DNA of 51,873 nucleotides from an uncultured Clostridia bacterium (GTDB taxonomy: Bacteria; Bacillota; Clostridia; Christensenellales; Borkfalkiaceae): NCBI GenBank assembly GCA_947174975.1, contig CAMWLA010000001.1, positions 1 to 51,873 of the forward strand, given 5' to 3'. Shown here in pieces: positions 17,463 through 26,911 of this stretch. A program made the translations under genes and the position numbers. Position 1 is the stretch's first letter. Each line of letters begins with the position of its first letter. The notes under the pieces are model-generated. The model ran no database searches. It saw only the letters and a list, made by a program, of their open reading frames with translations, and was not told the origin of the DNA.

Positions 17463-18596
17463 TTATAATTGTTTAATCTCCGTATAAGCCATTACGAAGG
17501 GGCCGGTGCCCTTGGCGTCGTTTTCGACGACTGGTTCGGATATGTAATACTCAAAAGTGCCGTCGCGCTTGCGGTTTGTTTCGGGACCTAAGCCCGCCAT
17601 TAAACAGATACCGCCGAGGTTGAGTTTGCCGTCGGTTTCGGTAAGATACTGCTTGCAGATACCGTTGAATACTTCCTCTCCTACGCTTGCAAAGCGCTTA
17701 TCCACAACACCCAGCCTTGCGCCCTTCATCATTGCGTACGCAATCATTGCGCTGCCCGAGGTTTCGAGATAATTGCCCGCTCTCCCGCCTTGGTCGACGA
17801 CTTGCCAGAACATCTTCTTATCGCTGTCGATATACTGTTCCAAGCCCTCTATCGTAGCTTTGAATATTGCAATAAGCTTATCTTTCTGCGCTTTGGCGCT
17901 GTCGGGCATATAGCCGATAACGTCTACAAGTCCCACCGTATACCAGCCTACCGAACGCAGCCAAAAGCTTTTGGAAAGTCCCTTTTCGTTGCACCAGAAC
18001 GATTTTTTGGAACAGTCCCAGCCGTGGTAGTACAGCTTTTTTTCACGATCGTACATATTGTCGTACACGCTTTGAAACTGCGCTGCGATATCGTCGAAAT
18101 TCTTGCCGTTATTGAACTCGGCTTCGTAGCGGGTATAGAATACCTGCGCCATATAAAGTCCGTCAAGCCATACTTGATCGGGGTAAATTTTCTTGTGCCA
18201 GAAATTGCCCGTTACTGTTCGCGGCTGTCCTTGTATTTGTGAGGCAAGAAGGTCAATTGCTTTTTTATATTTGGGTTTGCCCGTTTCGCGGTACAAATCG
18301 AACAGAACTCTGCCCTCGTTCAAGTTGTCAACGTTATAGGTATCAAGGCTGTATCCGCGGATAGAGCCGTCCTCGAAAACGTAGTAATCTACGAATTTAT
18401 CGATAAAATCAAGATATTTTTTCTTGCCGGTCTGCTTATAAATTGTGTAAAGCGAAGTCATCATACAGCCGTCGATATAGTTCCACCCCGCCGGCTTGCC
18501 GTGCTTAATATTTTCGATATTCCAAATAGGCTTATCTGGCGTTGTGTCGTCGATAAGACGGTCGATATACTTATCGATAATCGAATAATCTATCAT
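17463..18596 (-). CDS. GH88/GH105-family unsaturated (rhamno)galacturonyl hydrolase
   Basis: 377 aa with YteR/YesR-like blocks (GWNYIDGCMM, WLDGLYMA, WLRSVGWYTVGL). No signal peptide. Pectin-locus context. Confidence 0.85.
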   Translation of the reverse strand: MIDYSIIDKYIDRLIDDTTPDKPIWNIENIKHGKPAGWNYIDGCMMTSLYTIYKQTGKKKYLDFIDKFVDYYVFEDGSIRGYSLDTYNVDNLNEGRVLFDLYRETGKPKYKKAIDLLASQIQGQPRTVTGNFWHKKIYPDQVWLDGLYMAQVFYTRYEAEFNNGKNFDDIAAQFQSVYDNMYDREKKLYYHGWDCSKKSFWCNEKGLSKSFWLRSVGWYTVGLVDVIGYMPDSAKAQKDKLIAIFKATIEGLEQYIDSDKKMFWQVVDQGGRAGNYLETSGSAMIAYAMMKGARLGVVDKRFASVGEEVFNGICKQYLTETDGKLNLGGICLMAGLGPETNRKRDGTFEYYISEPVVENDAKGTGPFVMAYTEIKQL

Positions 18597-18617
18597 TATT
18601 TTCTCCTATTTTTATTC

Positions 18618-18730
18618 GGGAAACAGACGAGCGGCAGACGCGAAGGGCGCGGATTTGCTGACGGGCGCGTACAAAGAAGTACGCAACCAAAGCAAAACGC
18701 AAGCCCGCCAAAGTATCCCGCGAAGTATGT
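18618..18730 (+). repeat. structured intergenic repeat, type 1, copy E
   Basis: Lies between the GH28 stop and the GH105 start. P3 GCGTAC/GTACGC (18667-18684, loop AAAGAA), P2 TTTGC/GCAAA, P1 GGGC/GCCC. T-run 18730-18734. Confidence 0.75.
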
Positions 18731-18739
18731 TTTTCGAAT

Positions 18740-20278
18740 TTACTCCTTTATCAATTGACCGATATTTTTGCAGATTATCTGTTCGCCCTCGACGCCGTCT
18801 ATCGTGACGTTTTTCAAGATAAGCTTTTCAACGTTGTCGGCGTACAGTCCTTCCTTGCAGTGTTCGGTAACCTTTAAAGCCATAGCGGGGAAGAAGGGCT
18901 TGGAATCGGGCTTGAAAGAAAAATGCACGTTTTCAAGTCTGATTTCCTTAATCGGCATTTCCGAAAGTCCGTCGAACCAAGCGGGCATACACTCGCAGTC
19001 GACGCAGTCGATATCGCGGAAGGTGAACTTACCCATATAGGGCGTGCCGTCGTCCACGGGAATATTTTTGTCGTGCGACCAGACGAAATCGGACATTCCG
19101 TCGGGGTCGCAGAAATAGTACATATTAATTACAAGCGGCGTTTTGACGTTTAGCATTTTAATGTTTTCAAAGCAAACGCCGTCGATTATTCCGTCCTTGC
19201 CGCGGCCTCTGCGCGACTTGATTCTAAGTCCTCTGTCAGTATTTTGAAATACGCACTGACCCAAAGTAAGGTTCTTTACTCCTCCGCTCATTTCGCTGCC
19301 GAGGACTATCGCGCCGTGCCCGTCGCAGAAAAGATTGTTTCTGAGAGTATGATTGTTTGCGGGCGTTTTATAGGTTTTGCCCATATAAAGCTTTCCGCTT
19401 TTCAGCGCGACACAGTCGTCGCCGACGCTGAACTTACAGCCGATAATATCAACGCCGTTACAGCTTTCGGGGTCAAGTCCGTCTGTATTCGGCGCGTCCG
19501 CGGGGCATTCCACGCTGATATCGTAAAATTTGAGATTATCCGAGAAGAAGGGATGCAAGTTCCACGAAGCGGAGTTGCCCGCCTTTACGCCGTGAAAAAC
19601 CACGTTTTCGCACTTGTTTAAAAAAACGAGGCGTGGACGTGCGATTTTGCGCCCTTTGGGAGTTGCCCACCAAGTAGAATTGTTTGCATTGCCGTTAATG
19701 AAGCCCTCGCCTACAATTCGTATATTTTTCTGCCTATACGCGTAAATCAGCGACTGGAAGCAGTCGAAAGGCTCGCCTTCCCAGCTTGCCATAATCTCTT
19801 CTTTGCCGTTTAAAATCGTGCGGGCGGGAAGCACGGGATAGTGTTCCTCCACCGTATCACCTAAGATTTGCGCACCCTTTTTCAGCTCGATAGTTATATC
19901 GCTTTTTAACTCAAGCGGGCGGGTATAATACGTGCCTTCGGGGAAAAGCACCCTACCGCCATTGGGGCAGCCGTCGATTGCGCTTTGAATGCTTTCCGTA
20001 TCGTCGGTCGCGCCGTCGCCCTTTGCGCCGAACGCTTTGACGTCAACTACGCCCGATTCCTTTTCAGTTACGAAATTAACCGTCCCGCCGAGCGAGGTTT
20101 TAACGGTGTACTTAGTGTTGGGTGCAAGATTGAAAACCGAGAACACGTTGGTATCGCGCTCGGTTTTGTCCTCAACTCCATTGACCGTAACCGTGTACTT
20201 TTCGGGGCTGTAATAAGGGTTTTTATTATTAAATTCGAAACAAGCTGAGACACTTGATACAAAAAGCAGTTTAAACAT
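18740..20278 (-). CDS. GH28 exo-polygalacturonase with N-terminal FN3-like domain
   Basis: GH28 motifs NTDGLDPES, GDDCVALKSG, GHGAIVLGSE, RGLRIKS. VDVKAFGAKGDGATDDT beta-helix cap. Start set at MFKLLFV (20278); the alternative upstream ATG at 20311 would overlap the preceding gene by 41 nt. Confidence 0.88.
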   Translation of the reverse strand: MFKLLFVSSVSACFEFNNKNPYYSPEKYTVTVNGVEDKTERDTNVFSVFNLAPNTKYTVKTSLGGTVNFVTEKESGVVDVKAFGAKGDGATDDTESIQSAIDGCPNGGRVLFPEGTYYTRPLELKSDITIELKKGAQILGDTVEEHYPVLPARTILNGKEEIMASWEGEPFDCFQSLIYAYRQKNIRIVGEGFINGNANNSTWWATPKGRKIARPRLVFLNKCENVVFHGVKAGNSASWNLHPFFSDNLKFYDISVECPADAPNTDGLDPESCNGVDIIGCKFSVGDDCVALKSGKLYMGKTYKTPANNHTLRNNLFCDGHGAIVLGSEMSGGVKNLTLGQCVFQNTDRGLRIKSRRGRGKDGIIDGVCFENIKMLNVKTPLVINMYYFCDPDGMSDFVWSHDKNIPVDDGTPYMGKFTFRDIDCVDCECMPAWFDGLSEMPIKEIRLENVHFSFKPDSKPFFPAMALKVTEHCKEGLYADNVEKLILKNVTIDGVEGEQIICKNIGQLIKE

Positions 20279-20927
20279 TGCTCGTTTCCTCTCTTTTGCG
20301 TTTTTTGACAAGGCGTAAGCCTAAGTCCTTTATTCCTATGAAAATCATATCTATAACAAGTACGATAAGCGCCCAAGATAACGGCTCGATATTAAACCTG
20401 AACATAAAGGTGTTTATGAACAGATAAACGAAGTTTACGATAACCGCGACGATGACGTAGTACAGCACGTTTGTGAAGAACGTCCAGTATGCCTTAAAGG
20501 GAAACGGAAACATGATATAATCGTTGTATTCGCGTTTGTCTGTTTCCATAAAGCGGAACAGCGGATTTACGAGCACTTCAACGACAAGCCCCAAAAACAC
20601 GCCGTCGAGAACTACGAGATCAGCCGTGGCGACGTACGGACCTAAGCCCATATTGATGAAAAAGCAGACGACACCAGCAAACCACCACTTGATAAAAAAC
20701 GCTTTTAAAAAAGTGGGTATGCGCGATAAAAAGTCGGTGCGGTAGGGGTTGAATTCCTTATCGCTTGCCTTGCCGTCACCGGTGCAGTCTGAAATTTTCA
20801 TCGAAACTTCGCCGTACTCCGACGTGTCCTCGCCTTTAAGCGCGGCGACAAGCTCGTCGACTTTATCGACTTTTAAGTCGTAAAAGTCCTCGATCGTCGT
20901 TTCCTTGATTTTCTTCTTTTTAGCCAT
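20271..20927 (-). CDS. membrane protein, unknown function (~4 TM)
   Basis: 218 aa. Charged N-terminus, then about four hydrophobic helices. No family recognised. Stop overlaps the GH28 start region. Confidence 0.65.
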   Translation of the reverse strand: MAKKKKIKETTIEDFYDLKVDKVDELVAALKGEDTSEYGEVSMKISDCTGDGKASDKEFNPYRTDFLSRIPTFLKAFFIKWWFAGVVCFFINMGLGPYVATADLVVLDGVFLGLVVEVLVNPLFRFMETDKREYNDYIMFPFPFKAYWTFFTNVLYYVIVAVIVNFVYLFINTFMFRFNIEPLSWALIVLVIDMIFIGIKDLGLRLVKKRKREETSNV

Positions 20928-20950
20928 TTTAATACCTATCGTATTCTTGA

Positions 20951-20985
20951 AAAATAACCGACAAAACTTTTTGTCGGTTATTTAT
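20951..20985 (-). terminator. terminator after membrane gene 20999-21625
   Basis: 13-bp stem AAATAACCGACAA/TTGTCGGTTATTT plus TTTTT on the minus strand. Confidence 0.75.
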
Positions 20986-20998
20986 TGTTGTTATGCTT

Positions 20999-21625
20999 TT
21001 AATCGTCTTCTTCGATATCGATTTTGCCGTGCATATGCTCGGTCGCCGAATCGAGTTTTACCGACGTGTTAATCTTCCTTATCAGCTTACTGTAAACGGG
21101 AAGAAGCGCAAATACTATTGCGGAAACGCCCAAAAGCACGATATGTGCCAAAACCATCGGCTGTGCGGGTTTTATAACCGGCGCCAGACTGGTTTTTTCG
21201 GTGATACATTTTGCCATTTGCAAGTAGTAAACCACGTCGCACGCAATCTGTCCCGCAATCATCACGCCGACAAGCACGATAAAGAAAATATTGGGTTTTT
21301 TGCGCTTGGGGAAAGCGTTAAGAAAGCTTACGAGATATAAAAGCGACAAAAGCGTGGTTATAAAGGTACAGATACCCGTTGCATACGTAATATCGGTTGC
21401 GTTTTTCGCTTCGTATACCGCCTTTGAAACGTTGAACAGTATCAGCATAAAGTAAACAGTGGTAATTGCCATCAGCAAAAGGGGAATTAACTGCGGTTTT
21501 ACTTTGAGCGCAACTATTCTTTTACGGCACCATTCTTTTAACGCCGCCTTAAATTTAGCACCCGCGGAGGGTTTGTTTTCGGGCTGAGTTTCGGGTTGAT
21601 TATCCATTATCGTTTCTTCTGCCAT
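20999..21625 (-). CDS. membrane protein, unknown function (~4 TM)
   Basis: 208 aa with about four hydrophobic helices. 10 nt downstream of the ATPase stop. Followed by a strong terminator. Confidence 0.65.
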   Translation of the reverse strand: MAEETIMDNQPETQPENKPSAGAKFKAALKEWCRKRIVALKVKPQLIPLLLMAITTVYFMLILFNVSKAVYEAKNATDITYATGICTFITTLLSLLYLVSFLNAFPKRKKPNIFFIVLVGVMIAGQIACDVVYYLQMAKCITEKTSLAPVIKPAQPMVLAHIVLLGVSAIVFALLPVYSKLIRKINTSVKLDSATEHMHGKIDIEEDD

Positions 21626-21635
21626 AATACCCTCC

Positions 21636-22745
21636 TTACCTTATTGCCTTGCCGTATTCGGCAACCACTTCTTCGCCCTTTTCGTTTACCGTCATTTTAG
21701 GCAACTCGAAGAAGTGCGTCATAACGGGATCGAATCCGATTTCGATAACGTCGTCCTCTTTATAGTTGCACCATTCGGCGAACTTGGCAACGACGAGTTT
21801 CTTATCGCCGATTTTGCCGTGAACGAGAGTGTTCATTCCGAGGTTTTCGTTGTTGGTTACGGTAAGCTTAACCTTTCCGTCCCTCGTGATATTTTCGGGA
21901 CGGCAACCCATAATTACGGGCTGGCCTTCATAGTCTTTAAGCGCATCCTTCTGTGCATCGTTCAAGGGATACGAGAAAAGATCAGAAACGAAATTGCCCT
22001 TTTCGATTTTGCCCTCGAACATGTTCATAGGAGGAAGTCCTATAAAGGTTGCAACGAAGGTGTTTGCGGGCTTTTCATAAAGGTCGATAGGCTTACCTAT
22101 CTGCTGAACGCGGCCCATCGACATACACACGATTCTGTCGGCAAGCGTCAAAGCTTCCGTCTGGTCGTGAGTTACGTACATCATGGTTGCGTTGAGTTTT
22201 TTATGTAATAACATAATTTCTCTTCTCATCGAACCGCGCAGTTTTGCGTCGAGGTTGGAGAGAGGTTCGTCAAAGAGGAAAACCTTGGGGTTACGGACGA
22301 TTGCACGGCCCATTGCAACACGCTGGCGCTGACCGCCGGAAAGCTGTTTGGGCTTTTTGTTGAGCTGACTCTTCAAATCGAGAATTTCAGCCGCCGCCAT
22401 AACCTTGCGGTGAATAACTTGTTTATCCTCTTTTCTGAGGGTGAGCGAGAATGCCATATTCTCGTATATAGTCATATGACCGTACAGAGCGTAGTTCTGG
22501 AAAACCATCGAAATATCTCTGTCCTTGGGGGGAAGACGGGTACAGTCCTTACCGTCGATGGTAAGCTTACCCGCGGAAATATCTTCAAGTCCCGCGACCA
22601 TTCTGAGGGTCGTTGACTTTCCGCAACCCGAGGGGCCTACGAGTACTATGAACTCGCCGTCCTCGATATCGAGGTTAAAGTCGTATACCGCTTGAACTCC
22701 GCCGTCATAAATTTTGTCTAAATGTTCGATCTTTACGTTAGGCAT
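21636..22745 (-). CDS. ABC transporter ATP-binding protein, MsmX/UgpC/MalK type (copy 1)
   Basis: Walker A GPSGCGKST, signature LSGGQRQR, Walker B FLFDEPLSNLD, C-terminal TOBE-like regulatory domain. Confidence 0.93.
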   Translation of the reverse strand: MPNVKIEHLDKIYDGGVQAVYDFNLDIEDGEFIVLVGPSGCGKSTTLRMVAGLEDISAGKLTIDGKDCTRLPPKDRDISMVFQNYALYGHMTIYENMAFSLTLRKEDKQVIHRKVMAAAEILDLKSQLNKKPKQLSGGQRQRVAMGRAIVRNPKVFLFDEPLSNLDAKLRGSMRREIMLLHKKLNATMMYVTHDQTEALTLADRIVCMSMGRVQQIGKPIDLYEKPANTFVATFIGLPPMNMFEGKIEKGNFVSDLFSYPLNDAQKDALKDYEGQPVIMGCRPENITRDGKVKLTVTNNENLGMNTLVHGKIGDKKLVVAKFAEWCNYKEDDVIEIGFDPVMTHFFELPKMTVNEKGEEVVAEYGKAIR

Positions 22746-23352
22746 TTGTAACCTCCTCTGCTTTTACTTCGGCAGGCATTTCAGACGCCTTTTTTTCGTC
22801 GGCTTCGTCAAGCTCTTTCAAAGTTGCTTCGACGGAGATTTCTCCGCTTGCAAGTTTTTTAGTAAACTTCTCAAGGCTCAGCGAGCGGATAAAGCCTACT
22901 ATTCCCGACGCAATAACGCACGCGCTGGAACCGGCGAGGAACACAACCATACAGATGAATGCGCCCGAGCTTAAAACTTTGCCGGGATAATCAATACCGA
23001 CAAGCTTGGGATAAACCGTTTCCGTTACGCCCGCAAGGGGAAGCCAGAAAATTCTTACTATCTGCATTACGCCTAAGAACATCTGAAGCCAGAACAGTTT
23101 ACGGTTGTAGTTTTTGACTTGTTCGGATAACAAGAAAACGAACAAAAGGAATATAAGGTTGAAAATTACGTCAAGCGCAATGGGCCACTTATAATAGTAG
23201 TTGCCGTTTTTTACTTGCGCGTATAAAACGACGAAGTATGCACAGCAAAGTACTAAGCCCAAAATAGCCAGCATAGACGCAAGCTTATTCTTTTTGTAAC
23301 GCTGAATATCGTCTTTAATTACGGGATGCACGTCGGATTTCTTGAATATCAT
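22738..23352 (-). CDS. membrane protein, unknown function (~4 TM)
   Basis: 204 aa with about four hydrophobic helices and an acidic tail. 8-nt overlap with the ATPase start and 4-nt overlap with the upstream gene. Confidence 0.65.
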   Translation of the reverse strand: MIFKKSDVHPVIKDDIQRYKKNKLASMLAILGLVLCCAYFVVLYAQVKNGNYYYKWPIALDVIFNLIFLLFVFLLSEQVKNYNRKLFWLQMFLGVMQIVRIFWLPLAGVTETVYPKLVGIDYPGKVLSSGAFICMVVFLAGSSACVIASGIVGFIRSLSLEKFTKKLASGEISVEATLKELDEADEKKASEMPAEVKAEEVTNA

Positions 23353-23990
23353 ACCGCACCTCCCTCAACGGTTTTAGTGCCGTTTAATAATTTCTTTTCG
23401 CCTTGCATAAGCATAATCTTCCATACGAGGTTTAAGATTAATAAGACGGACGCAACTATTACGAGCACATAGACGACGAAGCCGATTGTAAACCAAGTCG
23501 TAGATTCGGAATAGTGCGTATATTCGCTTATATCTTCGCCTTCCTCGGCAAACTGAATCATTCTCTCGTTATATTTAGCCCAAGCTTCAAAGTCAATGTT
23601 ATTGAATCTGCCCATCCACACGCCGTTCATTGCCATGAGAATTACGGAAATAATGATATTTCCGCCGGCGCATACGCCCGTTGCCACGTAGTTGGTAACG
23701 TAATAATTTCTGCGCTTATGGCAAGAAGTTATGTACAGACAAACCGCCAAAAGTATCATAACGATACCGCAGTACATCAACGTGTCGTTAAAGCCTTGAA
23801 TATCAAGGAACAGCGTTGCGTCGTATTTGCCTTCCGCCGCCTTAAAAAATGAGGTCTTATCGCTCTTTAACATCTGTCCCAGCTCGGCAAGTCCGCCCGT
23901 CGCATAACAGAACGCATAGACGAGAGCAAGCGCGCCGACGATAATCATTGCAAGACATATATATTTTTGAAATCTCATCTGAGTTTTCAT
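23349..23990 (-). CDS. membrane protein, unknown function (~4 TM)
   Basis: ORF 23349..24044 trimmed to MKTQMRF at 23990 (AGGGGGA RBS), because the upstream part of the ORF is a GC-rich hairpin. About four hydrophobic helices. Confidence 0.65.
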   Translation of the reverse strand: MKTQMRFQKYICLAMIIVGALALVYAFCYATGGLAELGQMLKSDKTSFFKAAEGKYDATLFLDIQGFNDTLMYCGIVMILLAVCLYITSCHKRRNYYVTNYVATGVCAGGNIIISVILMAMNGVWMGRFNNIDFEAWAKYNERMIQFAEEGEDISEYTHYSESTTWFTIGFVVYVLVIVASVLLILNLVWKIMLMQGEKKLLNGTKTVEGGAV

Positions 23991-24004
23991 AAAGTGTCCC
24001 CCTA

Positions 24005-24042
24005 AAATTTTTGAACGAAGCCCGCGCCCTTGCACGGGCTTC
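24005..24042 (-). terminator. intra-operon attenuator/terminator hairpin after the SBP gene
   Basis: Stem GAAGCCCG/CGGGCTTC with a 10-nt loop, then GTTCAAAAATTT. This is the classic position for raising SBP expression over downstream genes. Confidence 0.55.
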
Positions 24043-24070
24043 ATTCGTAGTTGGGTTTTTTAAAGTTTAA

Positions 24071-26728
24071 TTATTTTGCCGTGCCGTTTAAGATGGGTTC
24101 GAGATAAGCCCAGTAAGCTTTTGCCGTAGTCCAGCCGTCGGCATAAACGATTTGTCTGTTTTCTGCGAGTTTTGAAATTTTAGCTCCGTTGGTAACTAAC
24201 GGCTTATCAAGCAGATCTTCGATAGAAGTATAATCCACAACTACACTTTGCATATCATAATGTCCGCTCGTTCCGTAAAGAATGATGTAGTTCATTATGC
24301 TGAAGAAGCTGTCGTCTGTTCTCTTTTCGCCGGTCAGATACCTGAAGCTAAGCTGGTTGGAAGCATTGAGCACGTTCCTCTGGAAGTCTTCGGCTACGGG
24401 AAGTCCCGTGGGAACACAAGTAAACCAGTAATTGTTAGCGTCGATATCGAGGGACATACCCTTAATTATACCCTTATCAAGCGCCGTGCCGACGATCTTT
24501 GCGCCCGCCTGACCCATCTTGGAGGTAAGCTGGTTTTCGAACGACTGGTTCTTTACGCCGATAGGAAGGGTTGAACCGATGAGATAACGCGCATAGTTGT
24601 TATAGTTGAGTTTTACGTCGGCAAGGTCGCCGGTGAAGTTGGTTACACCGTCAAGTCTCTTACCCTTAAACGACTCATAGAATTTATCGGTTATGGTGGG
24701 GGTAATCGCTCCCTTGTAGTCGGAACCGGCATATTTAACGCCCTTGTAGGTGAAGTAGTTCTCGGGAACATTCTTTCCGGTTTTAGGGTCTACTTTAGTC
24801 TTAGGATTGGACTGTACTTCGTTGTACCAGAAGCCGCCCTTACCGTCTGCATTCTCAGCCATGGGGCCGAAGGTGGAAACGATTTGTCCGTCTTCCGAAT
24901 ACAGATAGTCGATGAACTGCAAAGCCGCGTCAAGCTTTTTCTCGTCCTTTGCTACCGCGCCGTTAACCGCAAGACCGGAGGTCTTGGTTGAACGCCAGCT
25001 TTCGGTAAATCTGAAATACTCGTCTTCGGAATAAGAACCGTTACCGTCAACGTCCCAAGTGGAAACGGGGGTCATTACCGGTGCGAAGTAGTAGCCCTTA
25101 GGTATAGTACCCGCTTCCGTATAGGATACGCCGTTATCCTCAACCTTTAAACCGGCAAGGGTCTGCGACTGCGAATAATCGTAAGCCATAAAGTACTCGG
25201 TTTTACCCTTATTATCGCCGATACCGAGACCGGAAGCCGTCTGATAAGCTTTCATATCCTTGTAATCGGCTATCAGATTTTCACTTCTGAGGGCATGCAT
25301 TTTCTCCATTGCCTGGTAGAAAACTTTTTCCGTACGAGCGTCTTTAAGGTCGCCGTTATTGTCGATATAGGTATACTCAAGTCTCGAAGTACCGCCACGC
25401 ACGCCGTAGAGCTGGCACGCAAGGCTTACCATAGTGGGAGTTCTGTCGTTTGTTCCCGCACGGGGTGTAATTCCGTCGATAGTCTTACCGCTACCTACAA
25501 GCACGCTTGCGTTCGTCTTTACGCAGCGGAGCATTGCTACTAATTCGTCAACGTCCCAGCATGCGTCGTAACCGGTGAAGAGATTTGCACGGTTTGTAGC
25601 TGAATAAACGCTTTCACCCTTTTCGTTCTTATAGCATACGTCGATATATGCGCGGAAAAGGTTGACAAGCTGTTCGCCCGAAGCGTTAATATTTTCTTTG
25701 AGGGCTGCGTTCATAACGTCAACGATATTACCGCTTGTGCCCGCGTAAGCCTTATTGTTGGTTATTGCTTTATAAGCAGTGGCAAGCGGGGTATTTCCGC
25801 CTAACGCGGTAACAACAGCCGCATAGTCTTTCGTAATTTTCTGGGTATTCGAGCCGTCCGCTGTCAAAGCGTCTACGGTGTAGTTATCTGAACCCATAAA
25901 TGCATCTGCATAGGTTTGGGTTTCTTTTGCACCGCCGGTCTTTATGGTACAGACTTCCGCATACTTAGCCGTAGCGCCGGTAGCGGTGTCGCTGTTCAGA
26001 AGCTTTTCAGCCCAGTCGTGACGGATAAGGCAGTATCTTTCGATATCGTCGTAACCGTCGAAATAAGGAGCAATGTAAATCGTCTGATTAGAGCCGTCGC
26101 TCGTGCTCATACCCTCTTGCAACAGCGAGAGATAGACGATGGGGTTTTCCGCAAGGAACTTCGTGAAGTTGGGCATACGGTCAAGATAGTCCGCAAGATT
26201 TAAAATCATACTGCGGTCGGTTGCCGCATAAGAAACCGCTTCGGAAAGGTCGGTGGTGAAAAGATCGGTTTTTGAATATACCGTTTCACCGTTACGGATA
26301 GTTTCGTACAACTGCTTAAGGTTGTTACCCGTATCGTCGCCCATATACTTGTCATCCCAAGTGATATTGAGGTCTTTGCCCATCTGAACCCAAGCGGGCT
26401 TTACGCTTCTGTTGGAATATTTAACTCCGTCGGGAAGAGTAATTTCATCGCCGATGCCTTGGAAAGTTGTAGACGTAAGCGTACCCTTTGAACCTATTGC
26501 TACGTTTAAGGTTACGTTTCCTCTGTTCTTGTAAACGTCGTAGTTGAGCGATACGCCGTCTTCCTTTAATACGCCGTAATGGTCGGTTCCGACGACTACG
26601 CCTTTGTTTCCGCCGCCGCCGTTATCACCGCTGTCAGGCTTACCGCCGCAAGCGGCAAAAGATAAAGCCATTGTTCCCGCCATAACAACCGATACGGAAG
26701 CTATAGCCAGCTTTTTGAATTTGTTCAT
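24071..26728 (-). CDS. very large (~885 aa) extracellular solute-binding lipoprotein of a carbohydrate ABC importer
   Basis: ORF 24071..26896 trimmed to MNKFKKLAIASVSVVMAGTMALSFAACGG at 26728 (AAGGAGAAAA RBS). Lipobox. Adjacent to two CUT1 permeases. The upstream part of the ORF is repeat copy D. Confidence 0.8.
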   Translation of the reverse strand: MNKFKKLAIASVSVVMAGTMALSFAACGGKPDSGDNGGGGNKGVVVGTDHYGVLKEDGVSLNYDVYKNRGNVTLNVAIGSKGTLTSTTFQGIGDEITLPDGVKYSNRSVKPAWVQMGKDLNITWDDKYMGDDTGNNLKQLYETIRNGETVYSKTDLFTTDLSEAVSYAATDRSMILNLADYLDRMPNFTKFLAENPIVYLSLLQEGMSTSDGSNQTIYIAPYFDGYDDIERYCLIRHDWAEKLLNSDTATGATAKYAEVCTIKTGGAKETQTYADAFMGSDNYTVDALTADGSNTQKITKDYAAVVTALGGNTPLATAYKAITNNKAYAGTSGNIVDVMNAALKENINASGEQLVNLFRAYIDVCYKNEKGESVYSATNRANLFTGYDACWDVDELVAMLRCVKTNASVLVGSGKTIDGITPRAGTNDRTPTMVSLACQLYGVRGGTSRLEYTYIDNNGDLKDARTEKVFYQAMEKMHALRSENLIADYKDMKAYQTASGLGIGDNKGKTEYFMAYDYSQSQTLAGLKVEDNGVSYTEAGTIPKGYYFAPVMTPVSTWDVDGNGSYSEDEYFRFTESWRSTKTSGLAVNGAVAKDEKKLDAALQFIDYLYSEDGQIVSTFGPMAENADGKGGFWYNEVQSNPKTKVDPKTGKNVPENYFTYKGVKYAGSDYKGAITPTITDKFYESFKGKRLDGVTNFTGDLADVKLNYNNYARYLIGSTLPIGVKNQSFENQLTSKMGQAGAKIVGTALDKGIIKGMSLDIDANNYWFTCVPTGLPVAEDFQRNVLNASNQLSFRYLTGEKRTDDSFFSIMNYIILYGTSGHYDMQSVVVDYTSIEDLLDKPLVTNGAKISKLAENRQIVYADGWTTAKAYWAYLEPILNGTAK

Positions 26729-26795
26729 TATTTTCTCCTTATTATTTATAAATAATATAATGATTAACTTAATTATTAATGCGCCTTCAAAAACT

Positions 26796-26905
26796 TTGTA
26801 GATACAAGCAAGACAAGAAGAGTGAGGAAAACTTGAAGGAATGTACAATGAAGTACATGACTGAAAGTTGCCGCAACTCGACACAGTATTGCGCAAGTAT
26901 ATACG
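26796..26905 (+). repeat. structured intergenic repeat, type 1, copy D
   Basis: Lies between the permease stop and the SBP start. P3 ATGTAC/GTACAT (loop AATGAA), P2 AACTT/AAGTT, P1 GAGT/ACTC. T-run 26909-26913. Confidence 0.8.
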
Positions 26906-26911
26906 AAGTTT

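Noticed and set aside
26729-26896. N-terminal 56-codon extension of the SBP ORF, and the overlapping ORF 26787-27053.
   Set aside because: The extension runs through repeat copy D and has no signal-peptide logic. A perfect RBS plus a lipobox start is at 26728.
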